A stretch of 34,327 nucleotides of DNA from an uncultured Methanosarcinales archaeon (GTDB lineage Archaea > Nanobdellota > Nanobdellia > Woesearchaeales > CAZZGN01): contig CAZZGN010000003.1 of assembly GCA_964654165.1 (NCBI GenBank), positions 1-34,327 on the forward strand, in the 5' to 3' direction. Position numbers and translations under genes: made by a program. Positions 1 through 8,519 of this stretch are shown one piece after another. How positions within the stretch are numbered: the stretch's first letter is position 1; every line of letters starts with the position of its first letter. Under the pieces are notes generated by a model, which was not told the DNA's origin, made no database searches, and saw only the letters and a list, made by a program, of their open reading frames with translations.

Positions 1-654
1 TGACACCAAGTAAAAATTCCATAATATAGCTGAATATGCCAATAGCTCAAGTATGTGGCCAATTGCATAACACACTCCATGGTTAGTAATAAAAAGAAAA
101 TGCATATTGCTTGCGAGAAGCAACATAAAAGCTATAGCAATAAGTAATGTTTCCTTTTTTCTGTTTTTTCTGTAATTATCTATAAAATGCCATGAAAGAA
201 ATGCAAGGTAAATTGTTGAAAATAAGAAGAATATTTGTAATGAGTTTCTACTTACGAAAACCCCAATAAGTGAAACAGTAAGCAACAACCAAAGAAGTTT
301 TTCTTTATATGTTTTAAATGTGGTAAACGTTAGTATAACCAATCCAGCTGTCATAAACAAAATATGTGTGTAAATTCCCAATACATTGAAAAGATGTATC
401 GATTGTATCTTCATCACATTACAAATGTGTTCATTTGCTTTAGTTATTGTAAGGATGTTAAAAATAGATTGGATAAAATATGAAATGGATATGAGAAAAA
501 ATGCTATACTAAATAATTTAATATTTTGTTGAGATGTTTTTTTGTATATTTTAATTCCAAATAAGGCTATCATTAAGCATATGATGGCGAAAACTAGCTC
601 TAATACTGCGTCATAGCCAAAAAACCAGCTTGGAGAAAATAGTGTGAAAGACAT
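1..654 (-). CDS. Multi-pass (about 7 TM) membrane protein, 3'-truncated by the window edge
   Basis: ATG at 654 (MSFTLFSPSWFFGYDAVLELVFAIICLMIALFGIKIY...) reads through to ...GHILELLAYSAILWNFYLVS at position 1, with successive hydrophobic helices. Not in the ORF track because the stop is outside the window. Confidence 0.8.
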   Translation of the reverse strand, partial: MSFTLFSPSWFFGYDAVLELVFAIICLMIALFGIKIYKKTSQQNIKLFSIAFFLISISYFIQSIFNILTITKANEHICNVMKIQSIHLFNVLGIYTHILFMTAGLVILTFTTFKTYKEKLLWLLLTVSLIGVFVSRNSLQIFFLFSTIYLAFLSWHFIDNYRKNRKKETLLIAIAFMLLLASNMHFLFITNHGVCYAIGHILELLAYSAILWNFYLVS

Positions 655-767
655 CTTAACAATTGTGAATATTTCTTCATTTATATATTTTATGAAGTTT
701 TACTCAGATTTTAGCTTTATAGCATTTATAAGCTAGTTAATAATTATTATTAATTGAGGTGGTTTTT

Positions 768-926
768 ATGGAGAATGAATTTTTTGAAGATTTGATTGTG
801 AATATACAATCTAGTGTGAGTGATGATTTATATGCAGAAGATTTTTTGAATATGGTTCTTGATGCAGGAGGGATATCAGCTGAAGAAGAAGGTTTTATGA
901 AAGGCTACAATATGGATTCATATTGA
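768..926 (+). CDS. Small acidic protein (52 aa)
   Basis: MENEFFEDLIVNIQSSVSDDLYAEDFLNMVLDAGGISAEEEGFMKGYNMDSY*. Shine-Dalgarno GAGGTG at 756-761. Fills the intergenic gap; below the ORF-track cutoff. Confidence 0.7.
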   Translation: MENEFFEDLIVNIQSSVSDDLYAEDFLNMVLDAGGISAEEEGFMKGYNMDSY

Positions 927-965
927 CCGAAAGGTATAATAAGCTCGTTCTAATTGTTCTCTTAA

Positions 966-2909
966 ATGAGATATAAAGATTTTGAATTAGATGATTTTCA
1001 GATAGATGCGATAAAATATATTGATAACAACAAGAATGTTGTTGTTTCTGCTGGAACCGGAACTGGAAAAACGTTAGTTGCAGACTATCTTATAGACAAA
1101 GCAATAAAGAATAATAAAAGAATTATTTATACTTCTCCAATTAAAGCACTTTCTAATCAAAAATTTAAAGATTTTAGAAATGAACATGGCAAAGATAAGA
1201 TAGGTTTGTTGACAGGGGATTTAGCTGTTAATGCAAATGCCCAGATTTTGATTATGACAACTGAAATCTACAGAAACATGCTTCTTTCTAAAGATCCAAT
1301 ATGCGAGACAATAGCATATGTTATTTTTGACGAAATACATTTTATAAATGATATTGAACGTGGAACTGTTTGGGAGGAGAGTATAATTTTCTCTTTGCCT
1401 TCAACAAAAATGCTTGCTTTATCAGCCACAATCCCCAATGCAAATGAATTATGCGATTGGATTGGAAGCTTACGTAATGAAAAAGTTGAATTAGTTTATT
1501 ATGAAAAAAGAGCTGTTCCTTTAAATCATTATTTTTTTGAGCATTTTTCAGGATTGTTTCAACGTGAAAAATTAAGTTCGAAGATGGATGAATTAAAATC
1601 TTATTCCAGAGATCCATTTCAAAGAAGAAGAGGAAAAAGAAGAAAAGTTAGGTTACATTCTCCAGATATCTCAAAAAATCAATATCTTGAATTAGTAAGA
1701 ACTATGAAAGATAAAGAATGGTTGCCGTGTATATTTTTTTCTTTTTCAAGAAAAGCATGCGAACAGAAAGCTGAATTGTTGTCGAAGAAAATGAATTTTC
1801 TTAATCCAAGTGAAAGAGAAAGGATAGTTAAATTATTCCCTAAATATTTTAATGCTGATGCGAATAAATTAAAATCTGTTCAATTAGTCAAGGCTGCATT
1901 ATTAAAAGGAATTGGAGTACATCATGCAGGTTTATTGCCTGCGTGCAAGGAAATTGTTGAGGATCTTTTTGGGGAAGGTGTGTTAAAAGTATTGTTTGCT
2001 ACAGAAACTTTTGCTGTTGGAATAAATATGCCGGCAAAGTCAGTTGCTTTTAGTTCTATGGAGAAATATGATGGTGTAAATTTTAGGTTTTTGAATACAA
2101 AAGAATATTTTCAGATGGCTGGTAGGGCTGGTAGAAGGGGAATAGACACAGTTGGTTATGCAGTCACTTTAGTTGAGCCGGATTATGCGGAAATTGATAA
2201 GATGATGTACATAACTGATAAAGATACTGACCCAATACAAAGTCAATACACTTTATCTTATAACACAACTATTAATTTACTAAAAAGTCATGATGCTAAT
2301 GAGATAGAAAAGATATTGAAAAGCAATTTTGATTATTATATGAAAAAAAGAAAAGATTCTCATGTTCGAATTATGGCTACATTCAACAACCAAGTTAAAA
2401 GATTGAAGAAATTAAATTGCATTGATGAAAATATGAAAGTTTTACCTAAAGGACAATTTATGTCATATATTTATTCTAATGAAATTTTAACAACTGAAAT
2501 AGTTTTCTCGGGAATTTTAGATAACCTAAACCCAATTCAAATTAATATCTTAATTGCAGCAATTGCTTATGAAGGAAGGCAGAATGATTATTTTTCTTTT
2601 CGAGGTGCTGAAGGAGAATACAAAAGATTATCGAAGTTAGTATTAGGAAATGCGCTTGTAGATAAGGATTTGAATAAACTATCTTTGAAAAGAATGGTAA
2701 ATATAGTTTCTAAGTGGTCTAATGGTTGCGAGTTTTCTGAGCTGATGGAGTACAGTAATTTACTTGAAGGAGATTATATAAGATTATTTAGACAGATTAT
2801 GGATAGGGTACAGCAAATTTTGAAAGCAGGAGTAGATCATGAATTACAGGAAAAATTGGAAGAATGTTTGAAGTTGTTGGATAAAGGAGTTGTTAGGGTT
2901 GAGTTCTGA
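966..2909 (+). CDS. Ski2/HelY-like DExH-box RNA helicase (compact, C-terminal DSHCT-like domain)
   Basis: Motif I GTGTGKT, Ia YTSPIKALSNQK, II DEIH, III SAT, V ATETFAVGINMPA, VI QMAGRAGRRG; C-terminal EGDYIRLFRQ typical of DSHCT. Confidence 0.92.
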   Translation: MRYKDFELDDFQIDAIKYIDNNKNVVVSAGTGTGKTLVADYLIDKAIKNNKRIIYTSPIKALSNQKFKDFRNEHGKDKIGLLTGDLAVNANAQILIMTTEIYRNMLLSKDPICETIAYVIFDEIHFINDIERGTVWEESIIFSLPSTKMLALSATIPNANELCDWIGSLRNEKVELVYYEKRAVPLNHYFFEHFSGLFQREKLSSKMDELKSYSRDPFQRRRGKRRKVRLHSPDISKNQYLELVRTMKDKEWLPCIFFSFSRKACEQKAELLSKKMNFLNPSERERIVKLFPKYFNADANKLKSVQLVKAALLKGIGVHHAGLLPACKEIVEDLFGEGVLKVLFATETFAVGINMPAKSVAFSSMEKYDGVNFRFLNTKEYFQMAGRAGRRGIDTVGYAVTLVEPDYAEIDKMMYITDKDTDPIQSQYTLSYNTTINLLKSHDANEIEKILKSNFDYYMKKRKDSHVRIMATFNNQVKRLKKLNCIDENMKVLPKGQFMSYIYSNEILTTEIVFSGILDNLNPIQINILIAAIAYEGRQNDYFSFRGAEGEYKRLSKLVLGNALVDKDLNKLSLKRMVNIVSKWSNGCEFSELMEYSNLLEGDYIRLFRQIMDRVQQILKAGVDHELQEKLEECLKLLDKGVVRVEF

Positions 2910-2955
2910 TTTTTAAGTAGTAAATTTTATAAATAACTAGCACTTCCCTAGCTTC

Positions 2956-3507
2956 ATGCCTGATTCAAAAGAGACTTTGGATAAACTTGTGAATAATCTT
3001 TTAGATTTAGCTCCTAAGGACTTTGATTTGAATGAGTTTTCTTCTGAAAGAGGATTTGAGAATTTTTCTTCTTTTGTGAAAGGTCTTAATGTAGGTTATC
3101 ATAGATCAACAGAACTGTCTCCAGAAGTAATACAGATGCGAGGAGATTTCCTTGATTATGTAACTAAAAATATTGTCGTTAAGTATGTAGAAAAATATGG
3201 TGCTATAACTGAAAAAGAACTTCTTAAAGGACTTATACAATTTGTTAATAAAACATCAAACAATAATTATTCTGAATTAGTAGAAGGGCATAATTTGTTT
3301 ATAAAACAAACTAAACCTTTCAACATGAACTTAAAAAGTAAAATAAAGGAATTTGGTTTACGCTCGGAGGGGGTTTATTCATTTATGACAGATAAAGATA
3401 ATTATGAATATGTTTTTAAGAACGCATCACAAAAAAATATTTATTTCAAGGATGCTGAAAGGGCAAAGAAATATTTCGAAGCCAATCTCATAACGAAAAA
3501 GCCATAA
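2956..3507 (+). CDS. Hypothetical protein (183 aa)
   Basis: Long ORF with TATA box TTTATAAA at 2926-2933, 22 nt upstream; no recognisable motif. Confidence 0.7.
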   Translation: MPDSKETLDKLVNNLLDLAPKDFDLNEFSSERGFENFSSFVKGLNVGYHRSTELSPEVIQMRGDFLDYVTKNIVVKYVEKYGAITEKELLKGLIQFVNKTSNNNYSELVEGHNLFIKQTKPFNMNLKSKIKEFGLRSEGVYSFMTDKDNYEYVFKNASQKNIYFKDAERAKKYFEANLITKKP

Positions 3508-3547
3508 TTCGGTAAGTTTATATGTATATTTCTAATACAAGACTGTT

Positions 3548-3730
3548 ATGGATTATATAGAATTAAATGCGTTTCTTAAGAAGAAAGGAATTGCTTCTAC
3601 AGGTGGACAGGCTAAAATATTGATAAGGTCAGGTGTTGTTAAGGTTAATTCTGAAGTTGAGACTAGAAATAGGAAGAAATTAATTTCTGGAGATGTTGTT
3701 GAAGTTAATGGGGAGAAATTTAAAATATAA
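3548..3730 (+). CDS. S4-domain RNA-binding protein (YbcJ/YaaA family)
   Basis: IELNAFLK..G...TGGQAK..I..G.VKVN.EVETRNRKKL..GD.V pattern. Confidence 0.9.
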   Translation: MDYIELNAFLKKKGIASTGGQAKILIRSGVVKVNSEVETRNRKKLISGDVVEVNGEKFKI

Positions 3731-3732
3731 AA

Positions 3733-3807
3733 CGCCCGTGCTGGGATTTGAACCCAGGCCCTCCAGATCCGCAATCTGGCGCATTATCCATGCTATGCTA
3801 CACGGGC
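3733..3807 (-). tRNA. trnR: tRNA-Arg(GCG)
   Basis: Reverse complement GCCCGTGTAGCATAGCATGGATAATGCGCCAGATTGCGGATCTGGAGGGCCTGGGTTCAAATCCCAGCACGGGCG folds as a cloverleaf; anticodon arm CCAGA-TTGCGGA-TCTGG; no encoded CCA. Confidence 0.96.
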
Positions 3808-3861
3808 AATAAAGAGAAGTGTTTCTAAGAAGTTTATAAATTTATATAAAAAAGAAATAAA

Positions 3862-4170
3862 TTACTCAATTTTTAAGGCTTTCATGATTTTATTAAGTTT
3901 TTCATTAATTAAATCAAGATCCCTGTCAGATGTCTTATTAGAACTTTCTTTGTCATTCTTTCTGAAACATTCACTACAAAAAACTGGTTTGTTTGAAGTT
4001 GGTTTGAAAGGAACTTCACACTCTACACCACAGGATGCACATGTAACCTTAGTTTTTTGGAAATCTTCTCTGCCTCTGCTAGATCTTCCGTCCCTTCTAC
4101 TAGGGCCTCTTCTAGGTGAGGATGTATCTCTGGATCCCCCCTTATATTTTGATTGATCGAATCTTACCAT
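3862..4170 (-). CDS. CxxC-x17-CxxC zinc-ribbon protein with an Arg/Ser/Gly-rich N-terminus
   Basis: CASCGVECEVPFKPTSNKPVFCSECF is the hallmark of the CxxC-x17-CxxC family; C-terminal coiled segment. Confidence 0.88.
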   Translation of the reverse strand: MVRFDQSKYKGGSRDTSSPRRGPSRRDGRSSRGREDFQKTKVTCASCGVECEVPFKPTSNKPVFCSECFRKNDKESSNKTSDRDLDLINEKLNKIMKALKIE

Positions 4171-4210
4171 CTTGTGTGGGGGTAAGTTAGGGTATATAAG
4201 CTTATGTAAA

Positions 4211-4843
4211 TCACTGTTTTATAGAAAGTGTTGAAGGTGACTTCCTTCCAACAGGCGGAACATCTTTTACTTCAAAGCCTACCCTCTTCATATTCTTTCT
4301 AACAAATTTTGCACAAGAATATGTTGTTAATATGCCAGATTTCTTTAATAATTTATATTCTTCTTTGAAAAAATCCTCTGTCCAAAATTCTGGCATCTTT
4401 TTTGTTGAGAATGGATCGTGGAATATGAAATCGAATTTTTCTTTTAGGTTTTTTATTGTTTTTACTGCATCTCCAAGAATTAATTTGATTTTAATATTAT
4501 CTTTCTCATATTCATGGTTTTTTGCAACTTCCTTTATTATTTCATATGAATCAAAATCTGCATTTATTTCTAAAATTTTATTTAAAATTTCTTTATCCAA
4601 TTCTAAAGCTATTATTTCAATTTCGCAATTCTTCAATTCATCTATTGCAGCTGCAGAATTATAACCTAAGCCAAAACAAACATCAAGAATCCTTATTTTA
4701 CCTTTTATTTCATAATTTTCTAGAGATGGAAGGATGAATTTCTTCAATGCTTCTTCCTTAGCTCCTGATACAGAATGATATGTTTCATCAAATTCTTTAT
4801 TATGGAAAGTGATTGATGAGTCTTTTGTTATGATTTTTCTCAT
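4211..4843 (-). CDS. Stand-alone MnmC-type (MnmD-like) SAM-dependent tRNA wobble-U methyltransferase domain
   Basis: TKDSSITF....FDETYHS..GA..EA, ILDVCFGLGYN, FHDPFS..KMPEFWT, LTTYS. Confidence 0.85.
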   Translation of the reverse strand: MRKIITKDSSITFHNKEFDETYHSVSGAKEEALKKFILPSLENYEIKGKIRILDVCFGLGYNSAAAIDELKNCEIEIIALELDKEILNKILEINADFDSYEIIKEVAKNHEYEKDNIKIKLILGDAVKTIKNLKEKFDFIFHDPFSTKKMPEFWTEDFFKEEYKLLKKSGILTTYSCAKFVRKNMKRVGFEVKDVPPVGRKSPSTLSIKQ

Positions 4844-6339
4844 TTATCTACTTGAGTGAGAATTACCTTTTTATGTGTTTCTGTTAAAAACTTTTTCCCT
4901 ATATTGTCATATTCTATAGCAATCCCAGTTGAGATAAGATAAGCAGAAGGACCATGTAAAACTTTTATTTTGTGATCAAGATTATGCCAGATTAATTGGT
5001 CATCTAAAGCTTCTGAATATGGCACTGTATCTAATACAACTACCTGATGCAGATTGTGTACCTTAATTAAATCTCTGTGGATGTAAGGGGCCCTCATATG
5101 AGTGTTATCCATCACAACTTTGATATTAAATTCAACACCTTCTGCTGAATGTTCTTCGTTGTATCTAAGTCCTTCTTGATTTCTTATATAAGCATGACCA
5201 TCACCACTCCCTCCTGTGTTGAATTTATCATCTGGTAATATTACATAAATATCAGCTTTCTTTATTCCCCTTTTTACAAGGTCATCTAGATGCTTGTCGA
5301 GAGATTCTGCCTTACCTCCCGTGGCACTTCCTTCATCATTTCTAAATTTGAATTCGAGTGGTTCTAGGAATCTTAGACCATTTCTTTCGGCAAATCTTTT
5401 TGAACTGTGATAAGCACCTTCATCTACACAATCTACAAAAAATTCCTTATGGATACCTGGTTCTGATTCTTTCAATCCGTTTAAATGTTTATCAAATGGA
5501 AGGAGAAGATCAAAATCAATGTTATTTCTCGGAATATTAAGTTTGTTTGTTAAATAGTCTATCATATCATATTCCATTCCATTAATTTTTATGAGTCCTT
5601 CTTGCGGATTAATACTTGTAAAATTTAAGAAAGATTCTTTTGTAAGTTCAGGCATCTCTTTTCTAGCATGTTCGTGTAAATAGATTAAAGAATGTGCACC
5701 TGCAATAGAGAAATCTTGAATAACCTGTTTTAAAACATGTGTCTCCCACAGACCTTTTTCGTGAAGTGCTTTCTCATGATTATGATTCCATTCATATGAT
5801 GATTTTCTCGTAGCATAACATATATGTGCAGCCCCAGCATCATTAAAGAATTCTATCATACTTCTTGCCTTTCTTAGTTGTCTATCTGGGAGATTTTCAG
5901 CTATGATCATTTGTGAACCTGTTTTTGATTCAAAATCAGGAGTAACGAGAGGTTTTAGTTCATTTAACAATGTATACATTTGATCAAGAACACCATTTAA
6001 AGTTTCTCTTTCAAATCTACTTCTAAGTCTTGCAATATTTCTTTCCCATTCTTTTGCGTTTATGAGTAGTGTACGATATAAATTCTGAGCATAACTATCA
6101 TATATACGGGTATCTTGTGTTAAATAGACTATTTTTCCTTTGTAATCCCCACCCAAAACTTCTTTTGCTGGTCTGGATACTCTATTTTCATTATCTAAGT
6201 AGAGTTTTCTCATGTCTGCAAGATTTGGAGGCATTATAACTTTAAATCCGAAATTTTTTTCTAAATGATTCCTTACTACATGGCTAAAAAGTGTAGAAGT
6301 TTTGCCCCATCCAGCTACAACTATCTCTTTTTCTTTCAA
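4840..6339 (-). CDS. Highly divergent ribose-phosphate pyrophosphokinase (PRPP synthetase/Prs)-like protein with large insertions
   Basis: Colinear Prs-like motifs: LDNENRV (~FSDGEVSV), YKGKIVYLTQDT, DAGAAHI, AGAHSLIYLHEHA (~VLTVDLHA), CVDEGAYHSSKRFA (~SPDIGGVVRARAIA), KFR, ILPDDKFNTGGS (~LVDDMIDTGGT), NTH, QVVVLDTVP (~EVVVCDTIP). TTG start with SD-like GGAGTGA. Confidence 0.72.
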   Translation of the reverse strand: MKEKEIVVAGWGKTSTLFSHVVRNHLEKNFGFKVIMPPNLADMRKLYLDNENRVSRPAKEVLGGDYKGKIVYLTQDTRIYDSYAQNLYRTLLINAKEWERNIARLRSRFERETLNGVLDQMYTLLNELKPLVTPDFESKTGSQMIIAENLPDRQLRKARSMIEFFNDAGAAHICYATRKSSYEWNHNHEKALHEKGLWETHVLKQVIQDFSIAGAHSLIYLHEHARKEMPELTKESFLNFTSINPQEGLIKINGMEYDMIDYLTNKLNIPRNNIDFDLLLPFDKHLNGLKESEPGIHKEFFVDCVDEGAYHSSKRFAERNGLRFLEPLEFKFRNDEGSATGGKAESLDKHLDDLVKRGIKKADIYVILPDDKFNTGGSGDGHAYIRNQEGLRYNEEHSAEGVEFNIKVVMDNTHMRAPYIHRDLIKVHNLHQVVVLDTVPYSEALDDQLIWHNLDHKIKVLHGPSAYLISTGIAIEYDNIGKKFLTETHKKVILTQVDK

Positions 6340-6402
6340 TGCTCACTCCCCCAATGTCATAATCTACTTGAAAGTGATACTTATTTATAAAATTTACGGG
6401 AA

Positions 6403-7950
6403 TTAATAGTCTTTTAGGTTAATCTGCCCCTTTCTCTTATTCTCTTTTACAACAGCCACTTTTTCACCAACTTGTCTTTTAACGTCAGCTGCTAATTTTT
6501 TGCCTAGAATTTGATTTAATGTTGAAATGTCAACTTTTTTAACATCGGAGACTTCCTTTATCTTATTTCTGAATAAAGATCTAGCACGAACTCTTCCAAT
6601 GTTCTTGAATTTCAATAATGGCAGTAATTCTTCTTTTACGCCATATTTCAGCCTTACTCTTAATTTTCTAAACTCAGAAATTAAACTATGTTGCTTTTTT
6701 ATTCTGCAGATTTCTTCTGAAGCATATAATAACCAATCAGCTATGTTTAATTTGGCCTTAATTTCTCCTGGACGTATATTGAATTTTTCTAATAAGTTCT
6801 CTTCGTCTATTTCGTTTGTCCATTCTTTCATAAACAAAGCTGTTTTAATTGAATTCATATATTCTTGATACTCAAAATCATACATTGTTGGTTCTAGATC
6901 TATCAAACAATGATCAAATTCTAATAAAGCTTCTTCGACATATTCCATGTCTGCATTTCTTGTTGACAATAAAGGACGCATCTCCAAAGTATGGCTAATC
7001 ATTTGTAAGAAAGAAAAATCTTCAACTTTCTTTGCTTTTGTTCTTTCTGTGCATTCCATTATGTAATTTGCCGTTAGTGGGTCGAGGTATAATTCAGTTA
7101 CCCTTTTTCCCATTGTTGTTGATTTATATTTGATTGTTCCATATTCTTCTGCTGATAAAAAACCATCATTTGTATCACTACTTTCAATAAACTTCCATTC
7201 TTCTAATTGATGAAGCATTTTTTCGATTATGAATTTTAATTTTTCCATATCTTCAAATTGAAATGCCCAAAATGTTTTTGAGAAAAAATCAAAAATTTTA
7301 TCTTTAGCATTTAGGTATTTTGATGAGATTAAACTTAATAAGTACGTTCTCAGAACTGGTTCAACAGCAAGTTTTGAAAAAATTTCTTCTGGTTCTCCGT
7401 TTATGTAACGTTCTTCTATTTCTTCTGCTTCACTTTCTGTACTTGCTACAGAAATTGCTTCTCCTTCTTTGTCATATTTTGGCCGACCTGCACGACCAGT
7501 CATTTGCATATATTCTAAGACTGGAATAAACTGCATTCCTCTGTGGCCAAAACGTCTTAAATCTTTCATGATTACTCTGAAAGCTGGTAAGTCTAATCCA
7601 GCTGCTAAAGTTGGCGTGGCAGCAATGACTTTTATATTTCCCGTTCTGAAATTATCTTCAATTAATTCTCTTTGTTTTGATGTTAAACCTGAATGATGAA
7701 AAGCTATGCCTTTTTTTATGCAATTGCCAAGCCTAATGCATTGTTTTGTTGGTTTTGATAAGACTTTTAGAATTTCCTCTGAAAGATTTATTAATTCTAT
7801 ATTCTTTATTTTTTTGGCTATATCTTCCGCAGTTTTTTCTGCTCCACGTTTTGTATTTGCGAATATGATTGCTTGTTTTTTCTTTTGTATTGTGTCCAAA
7901 GCTAGAGAAATTGTGCTGTTGTTATGATTGTCAATTTGAAAGCCTTTCAT
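6403..7950 (-). CDS. hel308: Hel308/Hjm helicase C-terminal portion (RecA2, winged helix, ratchet, HhH); lacks the RecA1 ATPase domain
   Basis: IIFANTKRGAE (IV), GIAFHHSGL, ATPTLAAGLDLPA (V), QMTGRAGRPKYD (VI), LYLDP, RLKYGVKEELLPL, IGRVRARSL. No Walker A, DExH or SAT anywhere in the ORF. Confidence 0.85.
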   Translation of the reverse strand: MKGFQIDNHNNSTISLALDTIQKKKQAIIFANTKRGAEKTAEDIAKKIKNIELINLSEEILKVLSKPTKQCIRLGNCIKKGIAFHHSGLTSKQRELIEDNFRTGNIKVIAATPTLAAGLDLPAFRVIMKDLRRFGHRGMQFIPVLEYMQMTGRAGRPKYDKEGEAISVASTESEAEEIEERYINGEPEEIFSKLAVEPVLRTYLLSLISSKYLNAKDKIFDFFSKTFWAFQFEDMEKLKFIIEKMLHQLEEWKFIESSDTNDGFLSAEEYGTIKYKSTTMGKRVTELYLDPLTANYIMECTERTKAKKVEDFSFLQMISHTLEMRPLLSTRNADMEYVEEALLEFDHCLIDLEPTMYDFEYQEYMNSIKTALFMKEWTNEIDEENLLEKFNIRPGEIKAKLNIADWLLYASEEICRIKKQHSLISEFRKLRVRLKYGVKEELLPLLKFKNIGRVRARSLFRNKIKEVSDVKKVDISTLNQILGKKLAADVKRQVGEKVAVVKENKRKGQINLKDY

Positions 7951-7972
7951 TGCTTTTGGAAAAAGAATAGGG

Positions 7973-7980
7973 TATTTAAG
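7973..7980 (-). promoter_or_regulatory. TATA-like box for the truncated hel308 (leaderless geometry)
   Basis: Minus strand CTTAAATA ends 22 nt before ATG 7950, the same spacing seen at many other genes here. Confidence 0.6.
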
Positions 7981-8069
7981 ATTATCCGCGTGAACTCTAG
8001 GGGTTGTATACCACTTTATAGTAGTCTATTTCGAAAGGTTTATATTCTATTTTACTATACCTGTATAAA

Positions 8070-8519
8070 ATGTTGGGCAAAAAGGCTAATGCTGCGGTTG
8101 TTGTTCTTATAATCATTATAATCGTATTAATCATAATCTGGATAGTCGAAGCAGTAAATAGGGGAGAATGTAAATCTGATTTGGATTGTGGAGCAGAACA
8201 TTATTGTGATGTTCATCGTGATTGTAAAAAGATACCAGTGATAGAGAAAACCATTTCACCTGTATTAGTAGAAAAAAAATATAATTTTACACTACCTTCT
8301 ATATTGCTGGGATTAGCAATTATTGTAGGTGCAGCTATACTGAAAAATCGAAGAGATCAGGAAGATAATTTTCAACCTGAACCAATTGCACAAGAACCTC
8401 AACCACTTCCAAAATTTCAATATGAACCTATAACATATAAAACTAATACACTCGTAGGTGCGATTGTAGGTGGGATAATAGTTTGTGTTTTCTTGTTGAT
8501 TCTATTATTGATTTTGTGA
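8070..8519 (+). CDS. Membrane protein (3 TM) with a small extracellular Cys motif
   Basis: N-terminal KKA plus hydrophobic helix; CKSDLDCGAEHYCDVHRDC; two more TM helices; BRE/TATA CGAAAGG-TTTATATT at 8032-8046. Confidence 0.75.
   Translation: MLGKKANAAVVVLIIIIIVLIIIWIVEAVNRGECKSDLDCGAEHYCDVHRDCKKIPVIEKTISPVLVEKKYNFTLPSILLGLAIIVGAAILKNRRDQEDNFQPEPIAQEPQPLPKFQYEPITYKTNTLVGAIVGGIIVCVFLLILLLIL

Noticed and set aside
660-755. AT-rich palindromes in the first intergenic region
   Set aside because: Low complexity; adequately explained by divergent TATA boxes in an AT-rich genome.
7951-8069. Frameshifted or intein-split N-terminus of hel308 upstream of the ORF
   Set aside because: Only 119 bp before a divergent gene, an in-frame stop after ~25 codons, no helicase motifs, and no intein-type His-Asn/Cys junction at the ORF start.
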